A stretch of 64,000 nt of DNA. Source: an uncultured Pseudomonadota bacterium (GTDB lineage Bacteria > Pseudomonadota > Alphaproteobacteria > JACZXZ01). This document shows positions 9,597 to 23,462 of the stretch, piece by piece (the stretch's first letter is position 1; the number at the start of each line of letters is the position of its first letter). The notes beneath the pieces are model-generated. The model was not told the origin of the DNA. It saw only the letters and a list, made by a program, of their open reading frames with translations, and made no database searches. The DNA is taken from the NCBI GenBank assembly GCA_963749075.1, contig CAVVLJ010000021.1, positions 1 to 64,000 of the forward strand, given 5' to 3'. A program made the translations under genes and the position numbers.

Positions 9597-10232
9597 TCAG
9601 GTCAGGCGGCCGAGCACCACGTCGGCGAGGGGCCCGAGCGAATCGTGGTGGGCGATCAGCTTGGGCGCCTCCGGCGTCGCCGCCATGCCGATGCGGTCGT
9701 GCCAGTAGGCGGGCAGGCCGAGCTTGCCGGTGCCGAAGAGGTCGTAGGGCGAGCCCGCGACGAAGAGGCAGCGCTCGACCGGCAGCCCGAGCTCCGCGAG
9801 CGCCAGCCGATAGGGCCGCGGATCGGGCTTGTAGAAGCCCGCCCGCTCGGCGGTGACCACCACGTTGAAGTCGATCCCCGTGCGGGCGACGCCCTTTGCC
9901 GCCAAGACTTCGGAGCAATTGGTGATGACGGCGAGCGCCACGTGCTGCTTGAGCGCCGTGAGCACGGCAGTGACCTCCGGCCACGGCTCGATCTCGCCGT
10001 AGCGCGCCGCGAGCTCGGCCGCGAGCTCGCCCGGCAGGCCGACCTCGGCCGCCGCCTCGGCGACGATCGTCTCGTAAGGCCGATAGGCGCCCGTGCGGTA
10101 GGTGCGCCGGAGATAGGCGGCGCGCCACTTGCGGCCATGGGCCTCGCTTCCCGCGACCTTGTCCCAGAGCGACCAGGAATCGAGGAGTGCCGTGAGCAGG
10201 TCGAAGAGGACGGCGTCGTAGACAGGCTTCAT
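9597..10232 (-). CDS. HAD-superfamily hydrolase (haloacid dehalogenase-like)
   Basis: AVLFDLLTALLDSW, VITNC, YKPDPRPY and FVAGSPYD motifs. GGAGG RBS. Confidence 0.85.
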   Translation of the reverse strand: MKPVYDAVLFDLLTALLDSWSLWDKVAGSEAHGRKWRAAYLRRTYRTGAYRPYETIVAEAAAEVGLPGELAAELAARYGEIEPWPEVTAVLTALKQHVALAVITNCSEVLAAKGVARTGIDFNVVVTAERAGFYKPDPRPYRLALAELGLPVERCLFVAGSPYDLFGTGKLGLPAYWHDRIGMAATPEAPKLIAHHDSLGPLADVVLGRLT

Positions 10233-10470
10233 GCGCCTCTCGGGAGGCGGCGCGCAGTACCTCGATGCGCCCGCCTTTCTCTCGGCAATACTCTCTCGCC
10301 GGCACTGTAACACGGCACGCGACGCTGACCATCATTCCGTCGCGGAACACCTCGTGCGCCGCCGCCCGCCGGACGGCACCGAGGCGGCAGAGCGGCCGTC
10401 TCGGCGCTTGGCCGGGAGAAGCTCAGCCCCTATGCTCTCGGCAGTCCTCATCCGGCAATGGATCGCGCCG

Positions 10471-11742
10471 ATGCGCGGCATCCCTCGGCTCTTCGTCCCG
10501 CTTCTCGCGGCACTCCTTCTCCGGCCAGTCTCCGCGGCTGCCGAGGCGCTCCCGGTCTTCTCCAACGGCGGTCCCGACGCCGGCGCCTATGGTGCTCAGG
10601 ACAACTATCCCGTCGGCAGGCCGGCCACGATGCGCCAGCAGCGCTTCCTCGTCGGCAGCCTGAGCCACTTCGACAGCATCCGCGCCTCCCATGCGATCGC
10701 GCGCGCCGCTGCACCTTTCGCGTTCAAGCGCGCGGCGGAGGAGATCGCGCTCAGCTACAGCCACCGCGGCGAGACGCACACGCTTCTCGACTATCTCGAG
10801 CGCCAGCCGGCGACCGGCCTCCTCATCCTCAAGGGCGACACCATCCTCTTCGAGCACTACCGCTACGCCCGCAGCGACAAGGACCGCTTCACCTCCGAAT
10901 CCATGGCCAAGACCATCACCTCGATGCTGGTGGGCATTGCCATCTCGGAGGGTGCCATCCGCTCCGTCGACGATGCGGCCTCGGACTACGTGCCCGAGCT
11001 CGCCGGCAGCGAGTTCGGCGGCACGCCGATCCGCGCCCTCCTGCACATGGCCTCCGGCATCGCCTACAGCGAGACCTACGACGGCAGCGACGATGCCGCG
11101 CGCCTCAACCGCGACCTGTGGCGGCCGGACACGCCGGGCGTTGCCGCCGCCATCCTCAAGTTCGGCGACCGCATCGCACTCCCCGACACCTTCTGGTACT
11201 ACGCCGGCATCAACAGCGAGCTCCTCGGCCTCATCGTCGCGCGGGCGGTCAAGATGCCGCTCGCCGCCTATGTCGAGCAGCGCATCTGGAAGCGCATCGG
11301 CAGCGAGGCCGACGCTTCCTGGGTGGTCGATGCCTCGGGGCAGGAGGCGGGCTTCTGCTGCTTCAACGCGGTCTTGCGCGACTGGGGACGCTTCGGCCTG
11401 CTCCTCGCCAACGACGGAGAGTGGCAGGGCGAGCAGATCATCCCGCGGCAATGGCTGCTCGATGCCACCGCCGCGGCACCGCCCGGCAATTTCCTGGCGC
11501 CGCGCACGGCGACGGGCTTCTACGGCTACGGCTACCAGCTGTGGATCATGCCGGGGCCGCGGCGCATGTTCGCCCTCCTCGGCGTCTACGGCCAGGCGAT
11601 GTTCGTCGACCCGGCTGCGAAGCTCGTCCTCGTCCACACGGCGGTGCGCGCCCAACCGCGCGGCGATCCCATGGCGGCCGAGCTGATCTCGCTATGGCAG
11701 GCCCTCGTCGAGCGCTACGGCAAGGCTGAGGGCGAACCGTAG
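10471..11742 (+). CDS. Exported serine hydrolase, beta-lactamase/NylB-like family
   Basis: Signal peptide, SxxK motif (SMAK), LLHMASG, YGYQLW and LGVYGQ. Confidence 0.88.
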   Translation: MRGIPRLFVPLLAALLLRPVSAAAEALPVFSNGGPDAGAYGAQDNYPVGRPATMRQQRFLVGSLSHFDSIRASHAIARAAAPFAFKRAAEEIALSYSHRGETHTLLDYLERQPATGLLILKGDTILFEHYRYARSDKDRFTSESMAKTITSMLVGIAISEGAIRSVDDAASDYVPELAGSEFGGTPIRALLHMASGIAYSETYDGSDDAARLNRDLWRPDTPGVAAAILKFGDRIALPDTFWYYAGINSELLGLIVARAVKMPLAAYVEQRIWKRIGSEADASWVVDASGQEAGFCCFNAVLRDWGRFGLLLANDGEWQGEQIIPRQWLLDATAAAPPGNFLAPRTATGFYGYGYQLWIMPGPRRMFALLGVYGQAMFVDPAAKLVLVHTAVRAQPRGDPMAAELISLWQALVERYGKAEGEP

Positions 11743-11777
11743 CAGCGCCGCGCGCGCCGCGTCGGCCCGACGCTGGC

Positions 11778-12948
11778 CTACGCCCGGTTGCCGCCGTAGG
11801 CGCCGGTGAAAAGCCGTCCCGCGGCAATGCGGTCGTGGCTGAATTGGCGGAAGTCGTCGGCGGCCCTGCCCAGGGCGATCCACTCGGCAAGCTCGCGGCC
11901 GAGCGCCGGTGCGATCTTGAAGCCGTGGCCGCTGCCGCCGCAGGCATCGGCATAGCCGGCGAGGCCGGCGCGCGGGCCGACGAAGGGGTTCCAGTCGGGC
12001 GTTACGTCGTAGAGCGCTGCGTAGGAATCGACGAGCCGCATGCCGGCGAAGGCCGGGAAGCGGCGTTCCGCGCGGTCCTGGATGTCGGCGATGAAGTCCT
12101 CGTCGGCGGTGAGCTTGTAGTTCGCTGGGTCGACGTCGAAATAGCCCTTGGGAAAGCCGCGCCCGATGACGAAGCGGCGGCCGCCGAGCGGGCGCAGGTA
12201 GATCGCCTCCGCCCCGTTCGAGACGGAGACGGTGGGGAGCGGCCGGCCGGCCGGGATCTCCCAGACCGTATCCTGCTCGCGCACCGTACGGAGTGCGAGC
12301 TCGATGCCCGCGCTCGCGGCGAGCCGGCCGGCCCAGGGGCCCGCCGCATTCACCACCCAGCCGGCCGCGACGGCACCGGCGTCGGTGAGCACGCCATGGA
12401 TGCGCCCCTGGCGCTCGAGAAGGGCGCGCGCCGGCGTGCGCCTTGCGAGCGTGCCGCCGAGCCGCTCGAAGCCCGCGACATAGGCCTCGGTCGCGCGCAC
12501 CGGGTCGGCGTAGCCGCCGAGCCGCTCGTAAACCACGGCGGCGAGGCCCTGCGGAGCCATGGCCGGGAGATGCTCGGCGAGGCTCGCGGCATCGCCGAGC
12601 ACGGTGTCGATGCCGAGGCCCTGCTGCATGGCGACGTTGCGCCGGGCAGCCTCGAGGAGCTCGGGCGGCACGAGGAAGCAATAGCCCGCGCGCACGTAGC
12701 CGCCGTCGCGGCCGAGTTCCTCGGGCATCGCCGCGAGCATGTCGATGCTCGCCCGTGCCAGGCGCACGAGAAGCGGCGTCGAATAATGCTGGCGGATGAT
12801 CGCGGCGCTGCGGCCGGTGCCGCCGCTCGCGGGCTCGTGCGAACTCGAGGAGGAGGACGCGGCCGACGCCGCGCTTCTTGAGATGATAGGCCGTGCTGGC
12901 ACCCGTGATGCCGGCGCCGACCACGATGACGTCCTCACTCCCGGCCAT
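11778..12948 (-). CDS. FAD-dependent oxidoreductase, DadA/sarcosine oxidase beta family (one +1 frameshift near 12843)
   Basis: DVIVVGAGITGASTA in one frame, continuing EPASGGTGRSAAIIR..YDVTPDWNP..GSGHGFKIAP in the next. Confidence 0.88.
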
Positions 12949-13057
12949 GCCCCACGCTTCCCCTCGAGACCGCGCGCGGCCCGCGCAACTTCTTGCCGCC
13001 GCCATTACGAGCACCGGCGGAGACGCGAAGAAAAGCGATATTTTTTTGCCGGCCGAT

Positions 13058-13072
13058 TTGAATTATTTTCAA
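13058..13072. promoter_or_regulatory. LysR-type binding site TTGAATTATTTTCAA
   Basis: Dyad with a T-N11-A core, between the divergent oxidase and LysR genes. Confidence 0.6.
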
Positions 13073-13088
13073 GGGGGAAGGAGGCCCC

Positions 13089-13979
13089 ATGCTCTCGCTC
13101 AAGCAGATCGAGGCGCTCTACTGGATCAACGCCCTCGGCAGCTTCGCGGCCGCCGCGCGCAAGCTCAACATGACCCAGTCGGCGCTCTCCAAGCGCATCG
13201 GCGAGCTCGAGGCAGCACTCGGCAGCGCGCTCTTCGACCGCTCGCGGCACAAGCCGCGGCTCACCGCCGAGGGCCAGGCGCTCATCCCCATGAGCGAGGA
13301 GATGCTGGCGCTCGAGAGCCGCATGATGCGGGCCTCGGGGCGCGGCGACTTGCGCGCCGTGCGCTTCCGCTTCGGCATCACCGAGCTCGCGGCGCTCAAC
13401 TTCCTGCCGCAGCTCGTGGCGGCGATCCGCAAGGCCTATCCCAAGATCATCCTCGAGCCCGAGGTGGATGCCAGCCTCACCCTCTTCGAGCGGCTGGCCG
13501 CCCGCCGCATCGATCTCGCGATCGGGCCGTGGATGGAGAGCGAGGGGGAATTCACCGGCTTTTCCCTGATGCAGCTCGGCCGCTGCGCCTTCTCGTGGGT
13601 GGCGAGCCCGAGCCTCGGCCTCGGCGACGGCCGCCATCCGCTCGCCGAGATCGAGCGCCACCCGATCCTCGTCGACAGCGACCGCTCGGCCTCCCAGAAG
13701 ATCGTCTTCCGCTGGATGCGGCGGAACGGCCTCGGGCTCAATTGGGTGATCTCGTGCAACAGCCTCGCGGTCAGGACCGAGCTCGCCGCGGCGGGCTTCG
13801 GCGTCACCTTCCTGCCCAAGGGCTACGCAACCCCCTTTGTGCGCGCGGGCCGCCTCAAGCGCATCGAGACGGTGCCGCCGCTGCCGCCGATCCTCTACGT
13901 CGCCGCCTTCCGCAGCGACGACATCAGCCCGCTCAGCGCCGACATCGCGCGCATCGCCAAGAGGCACTGCCGGTTCTGA
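13089..13979 (+). CDS. LysR-family transcriptional regulator
   Basis: N-terminal HTH GSFAAAARKLNMTQSALSKRIGELE. Divergent from the FAD oxidase. Confidence 0.93.
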   Translation: MLSLKQIEALYWINALGSFAAAARKLNMTQSALSKRIGELEAALGSALFDRSRHKPRLTAEGQALIPMSEEMLALESRMMRASGRGDLRAVRFRFGITELAALNFLPQLVAAIRKAYPKIILEPEVDASLTLFERLAARRIDLAIGPWMESEGEFTGFSLMQLGRCAFSWVASPSLGLGDGRHPLAEIERHPILVDSDRSASQKIVFRWMRRNGLGLNWVISCNSLAVRTELAAAGFGVTFLPKGYATPFVRAGRLKRIETVPPLPPILYVAAFRSDDISPLSADIARIAKRHCRF

Positions 13980-13998
13980 GCGGCGGAGGCGGCCAGGC

Positions 13999-14376
13999 TC
14001 ACGCGCCGCCGTTGCCGTCTTCGGCCTCGAGCCGCGCGATCTCGCTGACGGCGCTTGTCCTCAGGCGCGGGACGTTGCTCTCGATGCTGGTCCAGATGAG
14101 ATCGTCGACGATCTCGTCATATTTGTGCCGCAGGATATTGCCGATGCCGCGTGCCTCTTTCCACGGCGCTTCGGGATAACGCGCGTCGAGATCGGGGCCG
14201 AGCTTGACCGCCGCCTCGCTGATGCGTTGCAGGCAGCGCTCGATGGCGTCGATCGTCTTCTCATCCGCGAAATACGATTCCCGCGACATCCCGGCCGTGT
14301 GCCGCGCGATGCGCTCGCAGTTCTTGACGATGTCGCCGAGCCGATCGAGGCGCTTCTCAGAAGGCAAGGATGGCAT
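13999..14376 (-). CDS. HEPN/DUF86 (HepT-like) toxin
   Basis: RLGDI..DAIERCLQRISEA..PEAPWKEARGIGNILRHKYDEI..IW. Overlaps the end of the MNT gene. Confidence 0.85.
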   Translation of the reverse strand: MPSLPSEKRLDRLGDIVKNCERIARHTAGMSRESYFADEKTIDAIERCLQRISEAAVKLGPDLDARYPEAPWKEARGIGNILRHKYDEIVDDLIWTSIESNVPRLRTSAVSEIARLEAEDGNGGA

Positions 14377-14815
14377 CCCGCTCGGCCTCGGCGGCAGCAC
14401 CCGGCCGGAGGCGGTCCTTGCCCGCCAAGTCGACCGGCCGGCCGAGCCATTCCGCGAGCGACTGCTGGATGCCGCCATAGGCGAAGAGGCTGCGCACGAC
14501 CTGTGGGTCGGTCTCGATGAGGACGTCCACGTCGCTCCCCGGCCCCGCCTCGCCGCGCGCGAGCGAGCCGAACACCGCGGCATGGCGGACGCCCATGCGC
14601 TCGAGCTCGCGGCGGTGCTGCCTCAATGTGCGGATCACGCGGCTGAGCGACGGCGCTCCGTTGGCCGCGCGCGGCGCCTCGCTTGCGCGATCCTCAAGAT
14701 CGCGCTCGATAAGGAGCTCGACGTAGTTGGTCAGGGTGCGGCTCCGCCGTTTGGCACGACGCCGTGCCGCGGCAAGCGTGCCCTCCTCGAGACGGATCGA
14801 GACCACTCTGCGCAT
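14357..14815 (-). CDS. Minimal nucleotidyltransferase (MntA-like) antitoxin with an N-terminal ribbon-helix-helix-like extension
   Basis: GS-x10-DxD motif (FGSLARGEAGPGSDVDV) and GRPVDL. The N-terminus VVSIRLEEGTLAAARRRA..RTLTNYVELLI has a strand-helix-helix pattern. Confidence 0.85.
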   Translation of the reverse strand: MRRVVSIRLEEGTLAAARRRAKRRSRTLTNYVELLIERDLEDRASEAPRAANGAPSLSRVIRTLRQHRRELERMGVRHAAVFGSLARGEAGPGSDVDVLIETDPQVVRSLFAYGGIQQSLAEWLGRPVDLAGKDRLRPGAAAEAERDAILAF

Positions 14816-14834
14816 GGCGACCCTCGCGGCCGTA

Positions 14835-14871
14835 CGTATTACAACGTAATACGGGCTGCGAGTGAAGTCAA
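14835..14871 (-). promoter_or_regulatory. Sigma70-like promoter with an overlapping palindromic operator
   Basis: Minus strand TTGACT-N17-TACGTT. The perfect inverted repeat CGTATTAC-AAC-GTAATACG (14835-14853) covers the -10 element. Confidence 0.65.
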
Positions 14872-14879
14872 TCTGCCGC

Positions 14880-18546
<3,667 letters not shown>

Positions 18547-18550
<4 letters not shown>

Positions 18551-19665
18551 ACCCGCATCGGCATCAGCACGTAGAGGGCGCTCTGGTCCGCCACGTCGCG
18601 AACCACGGTCGGCGACGCCGCGTCCGACATGGCGAACTGCGCGCCCTCGCCCTCGATCTGCCGCGTGATGTCCAGGAGATAGCGGGAATTGAAGCCGATC
18701 TCGATGGCGCCCGCGTTGTACTTTACCTCGAGCTCCTCGGTGGCGCTGCCGGCGTCCGGGCTGCTCGCCGAGAGCGTGAGCGTGCCGTCGCCGAGCGTCA
18801 GCTTCACCGCGCGCGACTTCTCCGTCGAGATGGTCGACACCCGGTCGACCGCCTCGGCGAAGAGACGGCGGTCGACCTCGAGCACCTTGTCGTTGCTCTG
18901 CGGGATGACGCGCTCGTAGTCGGGAAAGGTGCCGTCGATCAGCTTCGAGGTGAGAAACGTGTCGTCGAAGCCGAAGCGGATGCGCGTCTCGGAGAGGCCG
19001 ATCGCGACCGGCGCCTCGCTTCCCTCGATGAGCTTGCGCACCTCCATCACCGTCTTGCGCGGCACGATGACGCCCGGCATGCCCTCGGCACCCGCGGGCA
19101 GCGCCATCTCGACGCGCGCCAGGCGATGGCCGTCGGTCGCCGCCGCGCGCAGGAATTTGACCTTGCCCTGCTCGGCACCGTGCAGATAGATGCCGTTCAG
19201 GTAGTAGCGCGTCTCCTCCAGCGAGATCGCGAAGGAGGTGCGGTCGACGAGTGCCCTGAGCTCGCCCGCGGCGAGGGAGAACTCGGTCGGCAGCTCGCCG
19301 CCCGTCATCACCGGGAAGTCCTCGGCCGGCAGCGTCTGCAGCGTGAATTGGGAGCGCCCGCACTTGATGAGGAGCTGCGAGCGCTCGCTCTGCGCCTCGA
19401 GGCGAACCTGGGCGCCTTCCGGCAGCTTGCGCACGATGTCGTAGAAGGTGTGCGCGGGCGCCGTGGCGGCGCCCTCCTGCACGATCTCCGCCGCCGCCTG
19501 CTCGACGATCTCGAGGTCCATGTCGGTCGCCGTCAGCCCGACCGATCCCGCCTTCGCCTGCATGAGCACGTTGGCGAGGATGGGGATCGTGTTGCGGCGC
19601 TCCACGACGCTCTGTACGTGAGCGAGCGAGCGCAATAGGGCCGCACGTTCGATGGTGAGTTTCAT
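18547..19665 (-). CDS. dnaN: DNA polymerase III beta clamp
   Basis: VERRNTIPILAN, ATDGHRL, LIDGTFPDY and C-terminal LMPMRV. Confidence 0.98.
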
Positions 19666-19860
19666 GGCGGACCGGAGCCGAGCAATTGGGTCAAGAAGCG
19701 ATCAGCAGCCGCCGGCGAAGGATCGCCCGAGGCCCCGCCCGGCGGCGCCCGACCGGCACCCGCGCGCGGAGCGGCAGTATAGCATAACCATATTGAGTCC
19801 GAAGTCGTTTTCGTGCCGGCGCGCGGTCTTCTCCTGACCGCTCAAAGACATTTTGCCGGT

Positions 19861-21236
19861 TTATGCCTCGAGCATGCGGCGGAGCAGCTCGAACGTCGTC
19901 GGAGAAGCTCGAATCGGTGGCGCGCAGCTCATCCACCTTGCGCACCGCATGCATCACCGTGGTGTGGTCGCGGCCGCCGAACTTGCGCCCGATCTCGGGC
20001 AGCGAGCGGGCGGTGAGCTGCTTGGCGAGGTACATGGCGACCTGGCGCGGGCGCGCCACCGCGCGGGCGCGGCGCGCCGAGTGCATGTCGGAGACGCGGA
20101 TGTTGAAGTGCTCGGCGACGCGCTTCTGGATCTCCTCGATGGTGACGCGGCGGTCGTTGGCGCGCAGGAGATCGTGCAGCACCTCCTGGGTCGTCTCGAG
20201 CGTGATCGGGCGGGCGACGAGCGTCAGGTGCGCCACGATGCGGTTCAAGGCGCCCTCGAGCTCGCGCACGTTGGAGGTGATCTTGTGGGCGAGGAACTCC
20301 ATGACCTTGGCGGGGACCTGCGCGCCCATGCTCTCGGCCTTGGATTGCAGGATGCCGAGGCGCAGCTCGTAGCTCGTGGGATGGATGTCGGCGACGAGGC
20401 CCCAGCCGAGGCGCGAGCGCAGGCGCTCCTCGAGGCCCTCGAGGTCGGAGGGCGACTTGTCGGCGGAGATGATGATCTGGCGGTTCTGGTCGACGAGGGC
20501 GTTGAAGGTGTGGAAGAACTCCTCCTGGGTCGAAGTCCTTGCCGCTGATGAACTGCACGTCGTCGATCATCAGCACGTCGACGGAGCGGAACTGCTCCTT
20601 GAAGGCGACCGTGTCCTTGTACCTGAGCGCCCGGATGAACTGGTACATGAACTTCTCGGCCGAGAGGTAGATGACCGGGCGCGCGGGGTCGCGCTTGCGG
20701 ATGTGCCAGGCGATGGCGTGCATGAGATGGGTCTTGCCGAGGCCGACGCCGCTATAGAGGAAGAGCGGGTTGAACGGCACCGTGTTCGATTCGGCGACGC
20801 GCCGGGCTGCGGCATGGGCGAGCTCGTTCGGCTTGCCGACCACGAAGTTCTCGAAGGTGAAGCGCGGATCGAGCGGGGCGGAGAGGCTCGCGCGCACGTC
20901 GGGCTCGGGCTCGCCGCCGTTGGCGGCGGCATGGTCGGGCTTCACCCTGGCGCGGGGTGCCGCCTCCCGCGTGCTCTCGACGACGAACTCGATCAGGCGC
21001 ACCGCGGGATTCTCGCTCTGCCACAGCGCGCGGATGCGGTCCGCGTAGTGGCTCGCGACCCAATCGCGCATGAAGCGCGTGGGCGCGCTGAGCCGCACCA
21101 GGCCGACCTCGAACGACTTGAAGGTCAGCGGCTTGAGCCAGCTCTTATACGCGGGCTCGCCGAACTCCGCGCGCAAGCGGCCGCGCACCCGCGCCCATTG
21201 CGCATCGACCTTGCCAGAAGTATCCCCATCCGCCAT
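19861..21236 (-). CDS. dnaA: Chromosomal replication initiator DnaA (two +1 frameshifts, near 20533 and 19892)
   Basis: [41 protein letters not shown] and GGRDHTTV. Removing one base at each site restores the frame to ELLRRMLEA*. Confidence 0.96.
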
Positions 21237-21798
21237 GGCCCGACCCTACCACCAAGCCACGCCAGCTCTCGGCCGGCGCCCCGACCCACCGCGGGTCTCG
21301 GCGCCGGGCCCCGGCGCGCCCTCACGGGCGCGCGCGACGCCGAAGAGCAACCGCGCCGTCGACGCGACGACCTTCCGCAATGAATTCACGTTGAGCACCG
21401 GTCGCCCCCCTGCGGTGGCCGAAGACTCCCGCCTGCCTCATGACCTTCCTCGGTCCGCTTTTATTTTCGGCTCGACGACCTTTTTTGCGACTCGATTTTC
21501 CGTCTTGCGGCCGGCACTCGCGCGGCACGGCCGTTCAACGCCAGAATTTTTCCGAGTTGCTCGCGTGCGGGAAAATTTTCATGCCGACTGGACCACCTCT
21601 GCGACGACCATCGATCGCCGCGTGACGATGATGCTACTCGCCGCGGAAGCGCGTGGCAACAAGACGGAACGGGAACGCGCATCTTTTTTGATGATTCGGT
21701 AAAAGTTGCGCGTCGATCGAGTAACGCTTTTGCGAACGAACGGCGACGCTCGCACCCGGCGTGCGAACGCCGCGCCGCGCGCCGCGTCGTGGAATGCG

Positions 21799-22059
21799 CT
21801 AGAGAACCTTGATGCGGGCGGAGAGACGCGAGAGCTTGCGCGCGACCGTGTTCGCTTGGATGGCGCCCTTGGTCACGGCGCTCTGCAGCACGGGCTGCAT
21901 CTCGCGGAAGGCGGTCGTGGCCGCGGCCTTGTCGCCGCTCGCGATCGCCGCCTCCGCCTTGCGGGTGACGGTGCGCAGCCGGCTCACGCGCGTGCGGTTG
22001 ACGTTGCGCCGCCGCTCGTTCCGTCGAATGCGCTTCTTTGCCGACTTGTGCTGAGCCAT
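21799..22059 (-). CDS. rpsT: 30S ribosomal protein S20
   Basis: [28 protein letters not shown]. Upstream of dnaA. Confidence 0.96.
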   Translation of the reverse strand: MAQHKSAKKRIRRNERRRNVNRTRVSRLRTVTRKAEAAIASGDKAAATTAFREMQPVLQSAVTKGAIQANTVARKLSRLSARIKVL

Positions 22060-22203
22060 ATGCCACCTGATGCGCCCGGGTTCGGAAAGATCGCAGGAAA
22101 TCGACAATGGGCGCACGCCCCCGATTCCGCGAGCCGCGCGTTATAGACCCGCTTGCCACCGCACGTCAAGCAGCGCGGCAGTGCGGCAAGAGCGCATTTG
22201 CGC

Positions 22204-22980
22204 TCAGCGGTTGGCGAATTTGGCGGGTCGCTTGTCGATGAAGGCCTGCATGCCTTCCTTCTGATCCGCGAGTGCGAAGGTCGCGTGGAAGAGCCGGCGC
22301 TCGTAGCGGATGCCTTCGGCGAGCGTCGTCTCGAAGGCGCGGTTGACCGCCTCCTTCGCCATGAAGACCGCCGGGCGCGAAAGTCCGGCGATCGCGGTCG
22401 CGACCTTGATCGCCTCGGGCAGCAGCTCAGGGAGCGGCAGCACGCGGCTCACCAGGCCGGCGCGCTCGGCCTCGGCCGCATCCATCATCCGCCCGCTCAG
22501 CACCATCTCCATAGCCTTCGACTTGCCGACGAAGCGCGGCAGGCGCTGCGTGCCGCCCGCGCCCGGAATGGTGCCGAGCTTGATCTCGGGCTGGCCGAAG
22601 CGGGCGTTGTCGGCGGCAAGGATGAAGTCGCACATCATGGCCATCTCGCAGCCGCCGCCGAGCGCAAAGCCGGCGACCGCCGCGATGATCGGCTTGCGGC
22701 ACGTGGTGACGCGCTCCCAGCCCTTGGTGATGAAGTCGCGAAGATAGACATCGGCGAAGTGCCGGGGCTGCATCTCCTTGATGTCCGCCCCGGCGGCGAA
22801 CGCCTTGTCGCTGCCGGTGATCACCACGGCGCCGATCGCGTCGTCGGCCTCGAAGCCGTCGAGGGCGGCGCCCATCTCCCGGATGAGGGGCGAAGAGAGC
22901 GCATTGAGGGCCTGCGGGCGGTTGAGCGTGATGAGCCCGACCGGCCCCCGCGTCTCGACGATGATGTGCTCGTAAGCCAT
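22204..22980 (-). CDS. Enoyl-CoA hydratase
   Basis: [18 protein letters not shown] and FGQPEIKLG motifs. Confidence 0.93.
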   Translation of the reverse strand: MAYEHIIVETRGPVGLITLNRPQALNALSSPLIREMGAALDGFEADDAIGAVVITGSDKAFAAGADIKEMQPRHFADVYLRDFITKGWERVTTCRKPIIAAVAGFALGGGCEMAMMCDFILAADNARFGQPEIKLGTIPGAGGTQRLPRFVGKSKAMEMVLSGRMMDAAEAERAGLVSRVLPLPELLPEAIKVATAIAGLSRPAVFMAKEAVNRAFETTLAEGIRYERRLFHATFALADQKEGMQAFIDKRPAKFANR

Positions 22981-23043
22981 CGCGTGTTCCCTTCCTCGTG
23001 ATCCGCATGATGGGCCAGGCGGGCGCCCGCGCGCGCCGCGGGT

Positions 23044-23445
23044 TCAGCCCGGCGAAAGATAGAAGCGCACGGTGAGGTTCGGCACCTCGTCGTAGAGCTC
23101 GAGGCGCAGCGTCTCGCCCTCGCGCCGGTAGGAGCTGCGGCCGAGCGCCCGCCAGCCGAGCTGCGGCAGCGTGGCCGCGTAGAAGTCGAGCACCGCGTTG
23201 TGCCGCACCGTGCCCTTGGCGTAGGCCTCGACGATGCGGCCCTGGGGCGTGTCGAACACCACGCCAGCCCCTTCCACCATGACGAGCCCGGGCATGAGCG
23301 GCAGATCCTCGGTGCCGGCGACGAAGGCGCCGGCGGCACGCGCTGCATTCCCCGCGGACGCCAGACAGAGGAGTGCGGCGCACAACGCGAGCGCGCGGAG
23401 CGCGTCCGCGAGCATCCGACCCGGCACTGACGAGCCCATCCGCAT
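23044..23445 (-). CDS. Hypothetical exported protein
   Basis: Signal peptide, then EDLPLMPGL..VFDTPQGRIVEA..FYAATLPQLGW. Co-directional, between mutM and the hydratase gene. Confidence 0.75.
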   Translation of the reverse strand: MRMGSSVPGRMLADALRALALCAALLCLASAGNAARAAGAFVAGTEDLPLMPGLVMVEGAGVVFDTPQGRIVEAYAKGTVRHNAVLDFYAATLPQLGWRALGRSSYRREGETLRLELYDEVPNLTVRFYLSPG

Positions 23446-23462
23446 CGCGACCGGTTTTTACC

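Noticed and set aside
10471-11742. Class C beta-lactamase resistance gene
   Set aside because: SxxK is present, but the YxN and KTG motifs are not. It looks like the NylB/esterase branch.
19861-21236. dnaA pseudogene or programmed frameshifting
   Set aside because: The sequence is otherwise fully conserved, no slippery heptamer is present, and both breaks fit the recurrent GA to GAA error pattern.
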